64,000 bases of DNA from an uncultured virus (IMG/VR IMGVR_UViG_2912375805_000003) (IMGVR_UViG_2912375805_000003), one strand, 5' to 3'. Positions 39,204-48,556 are shown, counted from the stretch's first letter. Made by a program: numbers and translations. The notes: a model not told the origin generated them from the letters alone.

Positions 39204-40019
39204 TTATTTGCCTGCTTCATCCGTAACTACAGTATCTGCTCCATTTACTGTTACCCATCCATGCTTTTTGCGAGCTTGAGCTTCTTCATAACGAATCAAA
39301 TTGTCTGTTACTGATTCGGCGACTTTGCGATTAGATTCTGCCTCTGCTTCTGCAGCTTTTGTTTTCTTGTAAGCTTCACTATCAGCTTGAGTTTTTGCAG
39401 TTTCTGCATCTAGCTTCGCTTTTTCATTTTCTTGACCAGCTCGAATGATCGCATCGATTGATTTTTGTGTTTCTTTATCGACATCTGGAACACCAAGTGT
39501 TACGTCTTCGACTTCAAACCCTTTAGATTCAACTGATTTAGCAAAGTTCGTTAATACCTCAGCTTCAACTTTAGAGGAATCTCCTGAAAGGACATCAAGC
39601 AGACTATATTTCGCATAAACTTCACGAGCGACCTTTTGAAGCTTAGATTTTAACCATCCACTTTCGATATCTTCCGAAGTGATATTCCCAAATTCCTTGT
39701 ACATTTTTGCTGCTTTAGTTGAATCAACTTTGTAGTCATATTTGATATCAATCGTTGTCTTTTTGCCGTCGCTTGTAGATACTGAAATATTTTTTGATTG
39801 GATAGTTTGCAAGCGAATTGGATATTGGATCACTTTGTCAATCCCTACAAATTTCACACCTTGCGTCAGTGCTTCATCTTTGATACCGCCGTTCATTGAA
39901 TAGCGCACACCCACATATCCATTATCGATTTTTTCGAAGAACTTAAATCCTCCGATAACTCCAATACCTACGATTACTGCTCCTGCTACACCCAATTTGA
40001 TTAATTTGTTTTCGTTCAT
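39204..40019 (-). CDS. SPFH/band-7 (prohibitin) domain membrane protein
   Basis: N-terminal TM, KIDNGYVGV, AEAEA coiled coil. Confidence 0.85.
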   Translation of the reverse strand: MNENKLIKLGVAGAVIVGIGVIGGFKFFEKIDNGYVGVRYSMNGGIKDEALTQGVKFVGIDKVIQYPIRLQTIQSKNISVSTSDGKKTTIDIKYDYKVDSTKAAKMYKEFGNITSEDIESGWLKSKLQKVAREVYAKYSLLDVLSGDSSKVEAEVLTNFAKSVESKGFEVEDVTLGVPDVDKETQKSIDAIIRAGQENEKAKLDAETAKTQADSEAYKKTKAAEAEAESNRKVAESVTDNLIRYEEAQARKKHGWVTVNGADTVVTDEAGK

Positions 40020-40336
40020 TATTCTTCCTCCAAATACTTATATTCGTGCCCTTTTCGATCGGTGTGATTTCGCCAAGCGTACGTTCGAATAGTCCCACGC
40101 GTATATCCAGTTTCTGCAGACAGCTCACTAGCTGTTCCTTGCATCAAAATTTTGCCTTCGTGTAAAACAACGACGATTTTCCTTTTGCGCTGTTTTCTTT
40201 TGTCTGGCTTTTTTCGTATACGTCCATTAGCGATCTTTCCTAGTCGCTGAACTTCAGCAACCACTTCTTCATCTTCCTGCCAACTTTCAGAATGCGTCAG
40301 TTCAATGATTCGTTTCATTGCCGCTTTCTTATCCAT
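40019..40336 (-). CDS. Hypothetical phage DNA-binding protein
   Basis: GTASELSAETGYTRGTIRTY HTH-like. Confidence 0.6.
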   Translation of the reverse strand: MDKKAAMKRIIELTHSESWQEDEEVVAEVQRLGKIANGRIRKKPDKRKQRKRKIVVVLHEGKILMQGTASELSAETGYTRGTIRTYAWRNHTDRKGHEYKYLEEE

Positions 40337-40493
40337 CCCGACGTTCCCCTTTCAATAATTTGAGTACTTGATCAAGTGCGCTCTCACGTCCACCATGGAA
40401 CGTGTTGAGCCACTTGTCTTCGTACGAGGCGCTTTGTCTTAAAGCTTCTTGATGCATTAGTTCGATCTGTGCTGTAAATGTTTTTAGATCCAT
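40329..40493 (-). CDS. Hypothetical phage protein
   Basis: Start MDLKTF. Confidence 0.55.
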   Translation of the reverse strand: MDLKTFTAQIELMHQEALRQSASYEDKWLNTFHGGRESALDQVLKLLKGERRDG

Positions 40494-40497
40494 CTGA

Positions 40498-40767
40498 TTA
40501 CACCTGCTCAAGTTCACTAAGATGTTTTTGCAATCCTTTAACGCAATCAACAAATAGTAATTTTGTATAAGCTAAATTTCTTAATTGTGTTGTATCGATA
40601 TAGAGTGCGAAATAGTATCTGAGTTTACTCCAACTCGAACGATCATTATTAATTCCTTCGATTCCAGCTTCTTCGAGTTGATCATATACGTCTCTCAGGA
40701 TTTCTATTTCCTCACCAGTTTTATACTTTGCTATTTCATTAATTAGTTCTAGATAATCGATTTTCAA
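40498..40767 (-). CDS. Hypothetical phage protein
   Basis: 89 aa, TTG start with GAGGTGG. Confidence 0.6.
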   Translation of the reverse strand: MKIDYLELINEIAKYKTGEEIEILRDVYDQLEEAGIEGINNDRSSWSKLRYYFALYIDTTQLRNLAYTKLLFVDCVKGLQKHLSELEQV

Positions 40768-40778
40768 TTTTCCACCTC

Positions 40779-41606
40779 TTAAAATGGTGCTTTTGATTGT
40801 CTATTAGCTCGTTCTAGCGCTTTTTTCTTGAGATAGGCTTCTTGGTCGATTGCCCATTCAGGAAGCTTCTCTCGTCTTCCTGTGCGCTTGTATCCACTGC
40901 TTGCGTTCTTAGGTTCACTTTTTTCTTTCCTTGCCCAACTTCGAATAGTTGCCAAATAGTTTTTATAAGTCTTACCAGATGATTCACAATACTCTGACAG
41001 TCGTTCGATTCGCTCTTGGTAATCATTAGGGAATTCTGTTTTGAGTTTCTCCATCTGCTCATCTGACAAAAGAACATTTTTATACTCTCCGTATTTATGA
41101 CGGATGGGCTTAGCCTTCGATTTTTTCGAAGGCGTTAAATCTTTTATCTCTTTACTATCCTTACCTAACCTATCCTTACCTAACCTAACCTGTGTATCCA
41201 TTTGGTATACCGCTTGGTTGTCATCTGGTATACCAAGTTTTTCATCATGTTTAGAAAGCTCTTCTGCAAATGTATAAGCTTTGTTATCTTTGTCTGCTAG
41301 TAAAGCTTTTTCATCCTGATATAACGTGGGTTTGTAACGATCATTACGAATATAGTTGTGTATTTTCCAATGCTTAATGACGATCACACCGCTCTCGAAA
41401 ACTAAGATGAATCTTTTTGCCATAAGCAGTTTTAAATCATCATCACCACAACCAACCATACGTTGTATTTTTTTGGGATTATTAATAAATCCATCATCAT
41501 CTGCGCGCATTGATAGATGGAAATATAATGCCTGTGTCGATAAAGGCATATCTAGGAATGCATCAGAATCAATAATTGTCTTTGCGAACATTCTTCTTTC
41601 TGCCAA
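40779..41606 (-). CDS. Phage replication initiator (replisome organizer)
   Basis: MAERRMFAKTIIDSDAFLDMPLSTQALYFHL; YKNYLATIRSW; internal repeats at 41155-41190 (probable ori). Confidence 0.85.
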   Translation of the reverse strand: MAERRMFAKTIIDSDAFLDMPLSTQALYFHLSMRADDDGFINNPKKIQRMVGCGDDDLKLLMAKRFILVFESGVIVIKHWKIHNYIRNDRYKPTLYQDEKALLADKDNKAYTFAEELSKHDEKLGIPDDNQAVYQMDTQVRLGKDRLGKDSKEIKDLTPSKKSKAKPIRHKYGEYKNVLLSDEQMEKLKTEFPNDYQERIERLSEYCESSGKTYKNYLATIRSWARKEKSEPKNASSGYKRTGRREKLPEWAIDQEAYLKKKALERANRQSKAPF

Positions 41607-41608
41607 AA

Positions 41609-41839
41609 TTATTCCTCCTCATCCACGACGATAATCGTGTACTGGTAACAAGTCTCTGTAATTCCATTAACTAATCTATTCGTCTTAATTTTTTCAACAC
41701 TAATATCGCTTTGTTCAGCTTGTGTACCAATGAAAGCAAATGTCATGATTTCTAAGAACAATTTGTCTCTTGGACTCATTTTTTTATACTTAGTGCGCCA
41801 TGTTTGTTCAAACGCTACTGCGTTTAAATTAATCATCAT
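41609..41839 (-). CDS. Hypothetical phage protein
   Basis: 76 aa, coupled. Confidence 0.6.
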   Translation of the reverse strand: MMINLNAVAFEQTWRTKYKKMSPRDKLFLEIMTFAFIGTQAEQSDISVEKIKTNRLVNGITETCYQYTIIVVDEEE

Positions 41840-42525
41840 TAGCCCCCGATTCTTAATTTCTTGATTGTCTCCTGGTTTAACTTAATCCCTTTGATTTGAT
41901 ACTTATTTTTGAAATTGGTCACACCTATTTTGTGTTTCTCCGTGTGATGAATTCTACAGAGTGCTGCAAATGTGTACTCTGAATGATCAACTTCTTTGCG
42001 CTTTCGTCTTCCTAGCGCTTTGTCAAAGTGATCGATATCAGCTCCTGTTTTGCCACAGATACAGCAGACTCTTTTTGTGATGCATTTGTAGAAGTAATAT
42101 TCTTGATTCGCTGGTAAAATCTCATAGCCTTCTTTGAAAGGAATATGATGTTCAAAGATAAAATCTAAGATGATATTTGCTAAGATATTGGCATCACTCA
42201 CAGTCGTATTCGATTCATCTTTGAGGCTTATTTCGCGCCCTGTGACACCTTCGAAACGGAAGTAAAAGAATTCCTTCCAGAAGTCCGTTGGCATGCCTGT
42301 ATCGATGAAAATATCGCCTATGAGTGCATAGATGAAGTTTCGTTGCTGTACTGTGAAACGTCTAGGATCAATAAAACGAATTTCAATAACTCGATCACCA
42401 TCGTAGCCGTCATACATCGTCTTTAGTCGATCAATGTTCACTTCCTCATTGATGGTTGCGCTTATGTCTTTTCCTTTGAACTTTTTCAGAACCGCTGAAT
42501 ATGAATCGATTAATGGTTTAAACAC
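41839..42525 (-). CDS. Putative HNHc nuclease (DUF968-like)
   Basis: CCICGK..ADIDH...ALCRIHHTEKH. Confidence 0.8.
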   Translation of the reverse strand: MFKPLIDSYSAVLKKFKGKDISATINEEVNIDRLKTMYDGYDGDRVIEIRFIDPRRFTVQQRNFIYALIGDIFIDTGMPTDFWKEFFYFRFEGVTGREISLKDESNTTVSDANILANIILDFIFEHHIPFKEGYEILPANQEYYFYKCITKRVCCICGKTGADIDHFDKALGRRKRKEVDHSEYTFAALCRIHHTEKHKIGVTNFKNKYQIKGIKLNQETIKKLRIGG

Positions 42526-42530
42526 TCATA

Positions 42531-42825
42531 TCACTTCTTATCTAATTCTTTTCTCTTAGCTGCTATTGCTCGCTCCATCAAGGCACATTGCTCATAGCTT
42601 AACTGTTCAATAGTTTCAACGTTATCAGCTAAGAGCCCTAATTTATCTGTCTGCTCATTAACATATTCGATTAAGGTTTTGGTCATATCTTTACCCATCT
42701 GCTCATTGAAAGCTTCTAGAATCGTCTCTAGCATGTTTAATTTCTTTGTATCGATTCTAGGTGGTGTTGGAATATCTTCCCCTTGAAATACATATAATCC
42801 CAGTCCGTGTAGAGCCAATGCTTTC
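42531..42825 (-). CDS. Sak3/DUF1071-like single-strand annealing protein, C-terminal fragment
   Basis: KALALHGLGLYVFQGEDIP; cut at N 42826. Confidence 0.72.
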
Positions 42826-42827
42826 NC

Positions 42828-43103
42828 CGCAGATGGTCAGCTACTCCATTTAAGAAATTAATTGCTAAAGGAGGATCAGTCGATGATAATAGAATATACT
42901 CTGAAGCTGTACCGCTAAATATTCCTCCTAAAAGTGCTATATCTTGTTACCTTGCATTTGAAGTAGGGAAAATTAATTTTAATAAACTCCTTAATCACCA
43001 AACAAAAATGATATTTACTCTAAATAGAACCCAAATCCACAAAATTGTTGATATCAAAAATACAAACTTCCCAATAGAGAAATTAGTGAAAGAATTAAAC
43101 TGA
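42828..43103 (+). CDS. 3' part of a plus-strand hypothetical gene (5' lost at N)
   Basis: Open frame RRWSATPFKK...EKLVKELN*. Confidence 0.55.
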   Translation, partial: RRWSATPFKKLIAKGGSVDDNRIYSEAVPLNIPPKSAISCYLAFEVGKINFNKLLNHQTKMIFTLNRTQIHKIVDIKNTNFPIEKLVKELN

Positions 43104-43143
43104 GTAATAGTAATATACATTCTAGTTTCTCTTTTCTATTCAT
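43054..43143 (-). CDS. 29-aa hydrophobic peptide
   Basis: MNRKEKLECILLLLSLILSLISLLGSLYF; RBS GAGGGGG. Confidence 0.45.
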   Translation of the reverse strand: MNRKEKLECILLLLSLILSLISLLGSLYF

Positions 43144-43145
43144 TT

Positions 43146-43325
43146 TTAGTCAGCCCCCTCGGTTGGCTTTTTCGCTCTGTACTCAGCTTCAGCTTCATCA
43201 AGCCCCATAAAAATCCAAACCATGTAAACAATCGTTCCTATCAACGCTTGCCTGCTTCCCCAGAGGCCTAAAGCGTAGATGATGAATGGTGTGCTGAATA
43301 CTAGTGCTCTGTTGAATTTGCCCAT
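43146..43325 (-). CDS. Small membrane protein (59 aa)
   Basis: MGKFNRALVFSTPFIIYALGLWG...; RBS GAGGTG. Confidence 0.6.
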   Translation of the reverse strand: MGKFNRALVFSTPFIIYALGLWGSRQALIGTIVYMVWIFMGLDEAEAEYRAKKPTEGAD

Positions 43326-43355
43326 TAACCTTCACCTCTCAAAATGTTCTGTTTT

Positions 43356-43604
43356 TTATAAATCAACTAAATGCTTCTCGATAAATTCTTTAGGTGTTAT
43401 CTTTCTTGTGCGTAACCTGTTATAGGATTTGAAAGACAAAAATTTATCGTATAATTCTGTATTGATCCAAACTTCTTGTCCTGTGACCCGTTCATACGCC
43501 GCTGAGAAAATTGCTGTATTTTTTAGTTCCGACATTCGACGTTGATAAGTAGATGGAGAATAATTGTATTTTTTTACAAAATCTTGTTTTTTTAGTTTTG
43601 TCAT
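43356..43604 (-). CDS. Putative excisionase / DNA-binding protein
   Basis: 82 aa, basic, wHTH-like, directly after cro. Confidence 0.55.
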   Translation of the reverse strand: MTKLKKQDFVKKYNYSPSTYQRRMSELKNTAIFSAAYERVTGQEVWINTELYDKFLSFKSYNRLRTRKITPKEFIEKHLVDL

Positions 43605-43616
43605 CGCCTACCCCCC

Positions 43617-43802
43617 CTATCGGATGTCCAATATTTTTTTCACTGTTTCGATATGCTGTTGTGCTTTCTTTCCATCACGATTGCCGTTTAGAATATCTGA
43701 TAAATAAGCTCCTGAAATACCAACAAGCGCAGCTAGTTCTTTGAAAGTCATTCTTCTTTTTCTCATCTCCGCTCGAATTTTTAAGTCTAAATTCTCAGAC
43801 AT
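43617..43802 (-). CDS. Cro-like HTH repressor
   Basis: MTFKELAALVGISGAYLSDILNGNR. Confidence 0.88.
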   Translation of the reverse strand: MSENLDLKIRAEMRKRRMTFKELAALVGISGAYLSDILNGNRDGKKAQQHIETVKKILDIR

Positions 43803-43831
43803 AAAAATAGCTCCTTTCTAAAAAATAGTCT

Positions 43832-44060
43832 GTAAGCTAAAAAATTAGCTAATATTCGTTGACAATAACTAATATTTTTATTAGTATATAGATATAGCTA
43901 AATAAGACACAGAAATGCCTAGTAATTTACATTTCAGAGTTTGCCGACCGTGAAGTGTTTATTAGTTATCAAGTCTTTTTAGCTAATATTTTAGCTTACG
44001 AAAACAGTATACTAACAATTTTATTAGTTGTCAACACCTTTAACTAATTTTTTTATTAGT
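43832..44060. promoter_or_regulatory. Lysis-lysogeny switch: face-to-face promoters and operators
   Basis: Plus TTGACA-17-TAGTAT (43859-43887); minus TTGACA-17-TATACT (44034-44006); ACTAA-N8-TTAGT at 43868, 44011 and 44043. Confidence 0.8.
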
Positions 44061-44086
44061 GTTTTCGTAGCTTGTGAGGTGCGAAA

Positions 44087-44461
44087 ATGAATTTACTAGA
44101 TAGAATAAAGGAATTAGCTCATAAAAGAGGCATAAGTATAACTCAATTGGAAGAAGAATTAAATATACCTAAAAACACGATTTATCAATGGAAAAATAGA
44201 ACTCCTAGTACTAAAAGACTACAACTTGTAGCAGATTATTTTAATGTAACTACTGATTATTTACTCGGTAGAAACCAAGTTCCTGACTGGGCAACAAAAG
44301 ATGAAGTAGTTGAACTTGATAAATTACTAGATTCAAATGTCAATATGTCTTATGGCGGAGAAACACTGACGCCTGAACAGGTCCAACGCGTAAAAGATAT
44401 CCTTATTGGAACCTTCTGGGATATTGTGAAAGAAGACAAAGAAAAAGGCAAAAAGATGTGA
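44087..44461 (+). CDS. CI/ImmR-like XRE repressor
   Basis: HTH; VADYFNVTTDYLLGR. Confidence 0.9.
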   Translation: MNLLDRIKELAHKRGISITQLEEELNIPKNTIYQWKNRTPSTKRLQLVADYFNVTTDYLLGRNQVPDWATKDEVVELDKLLDSNVNMSYGGETLTPEQVQRVKDILIGTFWDIVKEDKEKGKKM

Positions 44462-44465
44462 GCTT

Positions 44466-44894
44466 ATGGAGATGGATACGATTAATTTAGTCGAGGAGTT
44501 GAAGCGGAAATACCGGTCTGCTAATCCTTTTTATATTTGTGAAAAGATGGGCATTAAAATTCAATACGTTCCTTTTATCGAAAATCCCAAAGGACAGTTT
44601 CAAGAAATTAGAGGTCGTGCAATAATCTTCTTAAATGATGAACTGCGAGACTCTGAGGAAAGATTCTACATTTGCGCTCACGAATTAGGTCACGCTATTT
44701 TTCATCGCGGCTTATCCAGTTACTATGTATCAACAAGAACATCTAGAAGCAAATCTGAAAGCGAAGCTAATTGCTTTGCTGCTAATCTCATTGTTTCTCT
44801 TTATAAAGAAGATAATGATCAATATCCCAAAAAAATCGATGAATTAAAGAATCTTTACGGACTTCCAGAAAGCGCTTATCGTTTTCTTATATAA
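44466..44894 (+). CDS. ImmA/IrrE family metallopeptidase (anti-repressor)
   Basis: AHELGH; ESEANCFAANL. Confidence 0.9.
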   Translation: MEMDTINLVEELKRKYRSANPFYICEKMGIKIQYVPFIENPKGQFQEIRGRAIIFLNDELRDSEERFYICAHELGHAIFHRGLSSYYVSTRTSRSKSESEANCFAANLIVSLYKEDNDQYPKKIDELKNLYGLPESAYRFLI

Positions 44895-44943
44895 AAAAGC
44901 CCGTGTTAGCACACATATTACAACGAGAAAGAGGAATTATAAA

Positions 44944-45597
44944 ATGAAAAAAGTTAGCGTTATGTTGTTGTTAAGTACTGCTCTGCTACTTTCAGCTTGT
45001 TCAAATAATAAAAAAGCTGAATCAACAGATGCCACTTCTAACCAAGAAACAAAAGTAAGTAAAACAAAAGAAACAACTGAAACCAGTTCCTCTACTAGCA
45101 AATCTACATCTAAGACAGATTCTAGTTCAACAGTTACAAGCTCTAACCAAGCTACGGCGGAACCTAGCCCAACAGTTATAAGCTCCAGTCAGGATACAAT
45201 CCAAACCGCACCTCAAGAAGAAACATATGAACAGATGAAACAACGCACTTTACAGTCAACTCCAGCTGATCGTGCAAATTGGTCCAACAAAGAGTGGGAA
45301 GCTTTCGGCGTGGCCCTTTATGAAAATGGATTGACTACAGATGATGCTGGCAATATTATCAGTCAAGATCAGAAAGAACAACAAGCAGCATCTCAACAAA
45401 ATCCAGAAGACCAACAAACAAGCGGTCAGCAAGACGCTGACACTTTATCACTTACTGATTTTGTTAACAAATACGGGATGTCGCCTGTTGCATGGAAAGT
45501 ACAGAATGGAATGTCTGAAGAAGAAGCATTGCGTACAACACAGCAAAAAACTTCTGGTGAAGTTCAATTAGGATTTTCTAAATACGGAATACAATAA
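44944..45597 (+). CDS. Lipoprotein, candidate superinfection exclusion
   Basis: Lipobox LSAC; Ser/Thr-rich linker; lysogeny module. Confidence 0.75.
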   Translation: MKKVSVMLLLSTALLLSACSNNKKAESTDATSNQETKVSKTKETTETSSSTSKSTSKTDSSSTVTSSNQATAEPSPTVISSSQDTIQTAPQEETYEQMKQRTLQSTPADRANWSNKEWEAFGVALYENGLTTDDAGNIISQDQKEQQAASQQNPEDQQTSGQQDADTLSLTDFVNKYGMSPVAWKVQNGMSEEEALRTTQQKTSGEVQLGFSKYGIQ

Positions 45598-45734
45598 TAT
45601 ATTTTTGTGTCCTACTATTTTGCCTATAATCTCTAAAAAAGTTATAAAGAAAAAAGCCCGTGCTGCAACACGGACTAAGATCTCGTTTCTAAGATCCTAC
45701 ATAAAAATAATATCATAGAAACGGAGAATAAAGA

Positions 45735-46427
45735 ATGAAAAAAGTGATTTTAGGGTTAGTATTTGGTGCTTTTTTTCTTACCGGATGTAGCCAATCTAAT
45801 GTTGTAGATAATACTGGCAAAACAAACGAAAAAGACTCTTCAGTTACGTTATCAGAAAGTACAACACAGTCTTCTAAAAATTCACAGGAGGTTGATGGCC
45901 CCCTCCTCAAAGTTGGTCAATGGACCAAAGAAAAAAGAGATACAAGTGGCAAAATTGAATTAATTGGAACGGCAAGCCCACAATCAGATATTCCTCTTGG
46001 TGATATCGGCATTTATATATCTAATATCAAACTACTCAAGTATTCCAATTATGCTGACCCTAGCGCTGCTGGTTACTACGATGCAAATAATCACAAAGAT
46101 AGTGAAGGAAATTTTTATGGTTTACAAATTGCATTCAAAGTTAAAAACAATTCTGAAGTAGATTATGGTTATAATGGGCTTGCACACGCCATACTTGATA
46201 ACGGCCAACAAATTGATTTCAGTTCAGACGATCTTATGCATACAATGACAACAAACTCGTTTTTCAAAAAAACTGAAAGTAAAGAATTTTATAGTTTAGC
46301 TTACTTAGATCCATCTAAAGTTAACGATATTACAAAAGTAACGATAAAAACCGGAGTGTTATATAATCCGTCTGATTATAGTACAGTTGCTGAAAGTGCT
46401 GAATCAACATTCAATATAAATCGTTAA
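45735..46427 (+). CDS. Lipoprotein, candidate superinfection exclusion
   Basis: Lipobox LTGC; beta-rich C-domain (IAFKVKNNS). Confidence 0.75.
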   Translation: MKKVILGLVFGAFFLTGCSQSNVVDNTGKTNEKDSSVTLSESTTQSSKNSQEVDGPLLKVGQWTKEKRDTSGKIELIGTASPQSDIPLGDIGIYISNIKLLKYSNYADPSAAGYYDANNHKDSEGNFYGLQIAFKVKNNSEVDYGYNGLAHAILDNGQQIDFSSDDLMHTMTTNSFFKKTESKEFYSLAYLDPSKVNDITKVTIKTGVLYNPSDYSTVAESAESTFNINR

Positions 46428-46534
46428 AATACAAAAACACGCCCCCTCCCTCGCCAAAGTTTGTGGACGTGATGAAAAATAAACCTGCTATAATCGGCTT
46501 ACTTATCCATTCCTATTATAGCAACAAATAGGAG

Positions 46535-47680
46535 ATGAAAACAATGTGGATTGAAACCAAAACTGATAAAAACGGAAAAAAAGTATATAAATATAATGAA
46601 CGATATATTGATCCAAAAACTAGAAAAAGAAAAAAAGTGAGCATTACTTATAAAAATAAGTCTCGAGAAACTCAGAAAGTGGCATTACTGGAGTTAAATA
46701 AAAAAATTGATATAAAACTAAATGAAAAAACACTCCAGAAGCCTAATCTAACATTTCATGAGCTTGTCGAAGAATGGTTAGTTATTTACAAAAGGCAAGT
46801 TAAGGAGTCTACATATTATCCTACGAATAATATCTTAAACACTATAAAGAAGAAGATGCCTGAGACTTACATCGTTTCTGGTATTAATACAGTAGATTTA
46901 AATAATATTTTTGAAGATATGATATATAAAGATGACTTGTCAAATAAGTACGTCAGTGTAATTAAATCCAAATTGAATCTTCTTTTTTCATACGCTATGA
47001 AAAAAGGCTATGTAGAAAAAAATCCTATCAACGAAGTAGTTATTGATTATAAACGAGAGTCAAAAACGATAAAAATTAAAGATAAGTTTTTAGAAGATGA
47101 TGAATATAAAAGACTAGTAGATTTCACAACTTCACACAATAAAAGATATTCTCTCCTTTTCCAGTGGCTATATTTGACTGGAATGAGACCTGGAGAAGCA
47201 ATCGCATTAAGTAAAGACGATGTACACATTACCAATAATAATGCATCAGTAGTTATAAATGGGACGATGATGTATAGAGAACGTTCAATAGCTGATATGA
47301 AAAAATCTGATTCTACAAAAACTGCTGCTGGAATGCGAGAAATTGATTTACCAAAAAAAGCGATAGCTATTTACAATGAGCTTCTAGAATTAAATCCGAA
47401 GGGTCAATTTCTATTTCAAACAACGAAAGGAACTCCTTTCCAACTAACAGCAATTAACACCTATTTGAGAAATCATAAAGCTGACATGAAGATTGATAAA
47501 AAACTTAGTTCACATATTTTTAGACATACCCATATTTCAAAATTAGCGGAACTAGGAACTCCTCTGTATGCTATTCAGGATCGCGTTGGGCACGAAAATA
47601 GTGATATCACTGAAAAGATTTATTTGCATGTGACAAAAGGAGTAAAAGAAAAATTGAAAGAAGATATAGAAAAACTGTAA
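46535..47680 (+). CDS. Tyrosine integrase
   Basis: TGMRPGE, HIFRHTH, RVGH, IYLHV catalytic motifs. Confidence 0.95.
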   Translation: MKTMWIETKTDKNGKKVYKYNERYIDPKTRKRKKVSITYKNKSRETQKVALLELNKKIDIKLNEKTLQKPNLTFHELVEEWLVIYKRQVKESTYYPTNNILNTIKKKMPETYIVSGINTVDLNNIFEDMIYKDDLSNKYVSVIKSKLNLLFSYAMKKGYVEKNPINEVVIDYKRESKTIKIKDKFLEDDEYKRLVDFTTSHNKRYSLLFQWLYLTGMRPGEAIALSKDDVHITNNNASVVINGTMMYRERSIADMKKSDSTKTAAGMREIDLPKKAIAIYNELLELNPKGQFLFQTTKGTPFQLTAINTYLRNHKADMKIDKKLSSHIFRHTHISKLAELGTPLYAIQDRVGHENSDITEKIYLHVTKGVKEKLKEDIEKL

Positions 47681-47684
47681 CTTG

Positions 47685-47707
47685 TTGCCCCTTTTTTGCC
47701 CCTTTTT
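47685..47707. repeat. Putative integrase arm-type sites (TTGCCCCTTTTT x2)
   Basis: Direct repeat immediately after the integrase stop. Confidence 0.55.
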
Positions 47708-47759
47708 ATTAATCAAAAATGTACCAAATAGAAATCGTTAATATAAAAAAACAGATAAT

Positions 47760-47793
47760 AAAAAAAGAACCCTTGAATACCAAGGGTTCTTTC
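47760..47793 (-). terminator. Terminator downstream of rplS
   Basis: AAAGAACCCTTG/CAAGGGTTCTTT hairpin followed by a T-run on the minus strand. Confidence 0.75.
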
Positions 47794-47811
47794 TCAGTCT
47801 GATAACAATGA

Positions 47812-48159
47812 TTAACGACGGATTTCTTTGATACGAGCAGCTTTTCCGTGTAATGCACGTAGGTAGTACAATTTTGCACGACGTACTTTACCGTAGCGAA
47901 CTACTTCGATTTTTGCAACACGTGGTGTATGCAATGGGAATGTACGTTCAACGCCCACTCCGTTAGAAACTTTACGTACTGTATAAGTTTCGCTGATTCC
48001 AGCACCGCGGCGTTTGATAACAACACCTTCAAATAACTGGATACGTTCACGAGTACCTTCAACAACTTTTGCGTGAACACGCACAGTGTCACCAGGGCGG
48101 AACGCTGGGATGTCAGAACGTAATTGTTCTTTTGTTAATTCTTCGATTAATGGATTCAT
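47812..48159 (-). CDS. rplS: 50S ribosomal protein L19
   Basis: [29 protein letters not shown]...RRAKLYYLR. Confidence 0.98.
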   Translation of the reverse strand: MNPLIEELTKEQLRSDIPAFRPGDTVRVHAKVVEGTRERIQLFEGVVIKRRGAGISETYTVRKVSNGVGVERTFPLHTPRVAKIEVVRYGKVRRAKLYYLRALHGKAARIKEIRR

Positions 48160-48177
48160 GGTTTTCTTCTCCTTATT

Positions 48178-48218
48178 CCAAATATTCTTATGAGCTTTTC
48201 TCATAGCGGAATATCGTA
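48178..48218 (-). promoter_or_regulatory. L19 leader RNA
   Basis: ACGATATTCCGCT-hairpin-AGAATATT directly upstream of rplS. Confidence 0.65.
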
Positions 48219-48294
48219 ATAGTTAAGTGCTTTTGCACTCACCATAAAATACTAACATATTATCAACCTACTGTAAAGAATATTTTAGAAAAAG

Positions 48295-48556
48295 TCACTT
48301 GGCTTCATCTGCTGTTTTTTCTTGTTCTTCTTTCTTGATTTCTTCTAAAAATTTCGTCATTTGAGGTGTCCATTCAAGTGTTTCCAAAAGATCAGGCCGA
48401 CGTTGATAGGTCCTTCTTAGTGATTCTTTTAATTGCCATTCTTCAATCAATTTATGATTTCCATTTGTCAATACTTCTGGTACTTTCATCCCTTTATATT
48501 CTGCCGGGCGAGTATATTGGGGATGTTCCAATAAACCGGTTGAATAAGAATCCGTT
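48295..48556 (-). CDS. trmD: tRNA (guanine-N1)-methyltransferase, C-terminal fragment
   Basis: [11 protein letters not shown]...[10 protein letters not shown]...RRPDLL; synteny with rplS; cut at N 48557. Confidence 0.92.

Larger units (their letters stand above)
1780..47810. mobile_element. Composite siphovirus-type prophage 1, probably contigs of more than one related prophage; ends approximate
   Basis: Lysis, tail, head, packaging, replication and lysogeny modules plus integrase in canonical order; many N joins; no matching att core seen at the two ends. Confidence 0.9.

Noticed and set aside
41155..41190. Tandem repeats as a CRISPR-like array
   Set aside because: Short coding repeats (RLGKD) in the replication initiator, typical of a phage origin; no spacers or cas genes. 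No CRISPR array was seen anywhere in the window
48160..48204. Extended N-terminus of RplS
   Set aside because: RBS AAGGAG precedes ATG 48159; the upstream sequence is the L19 leader
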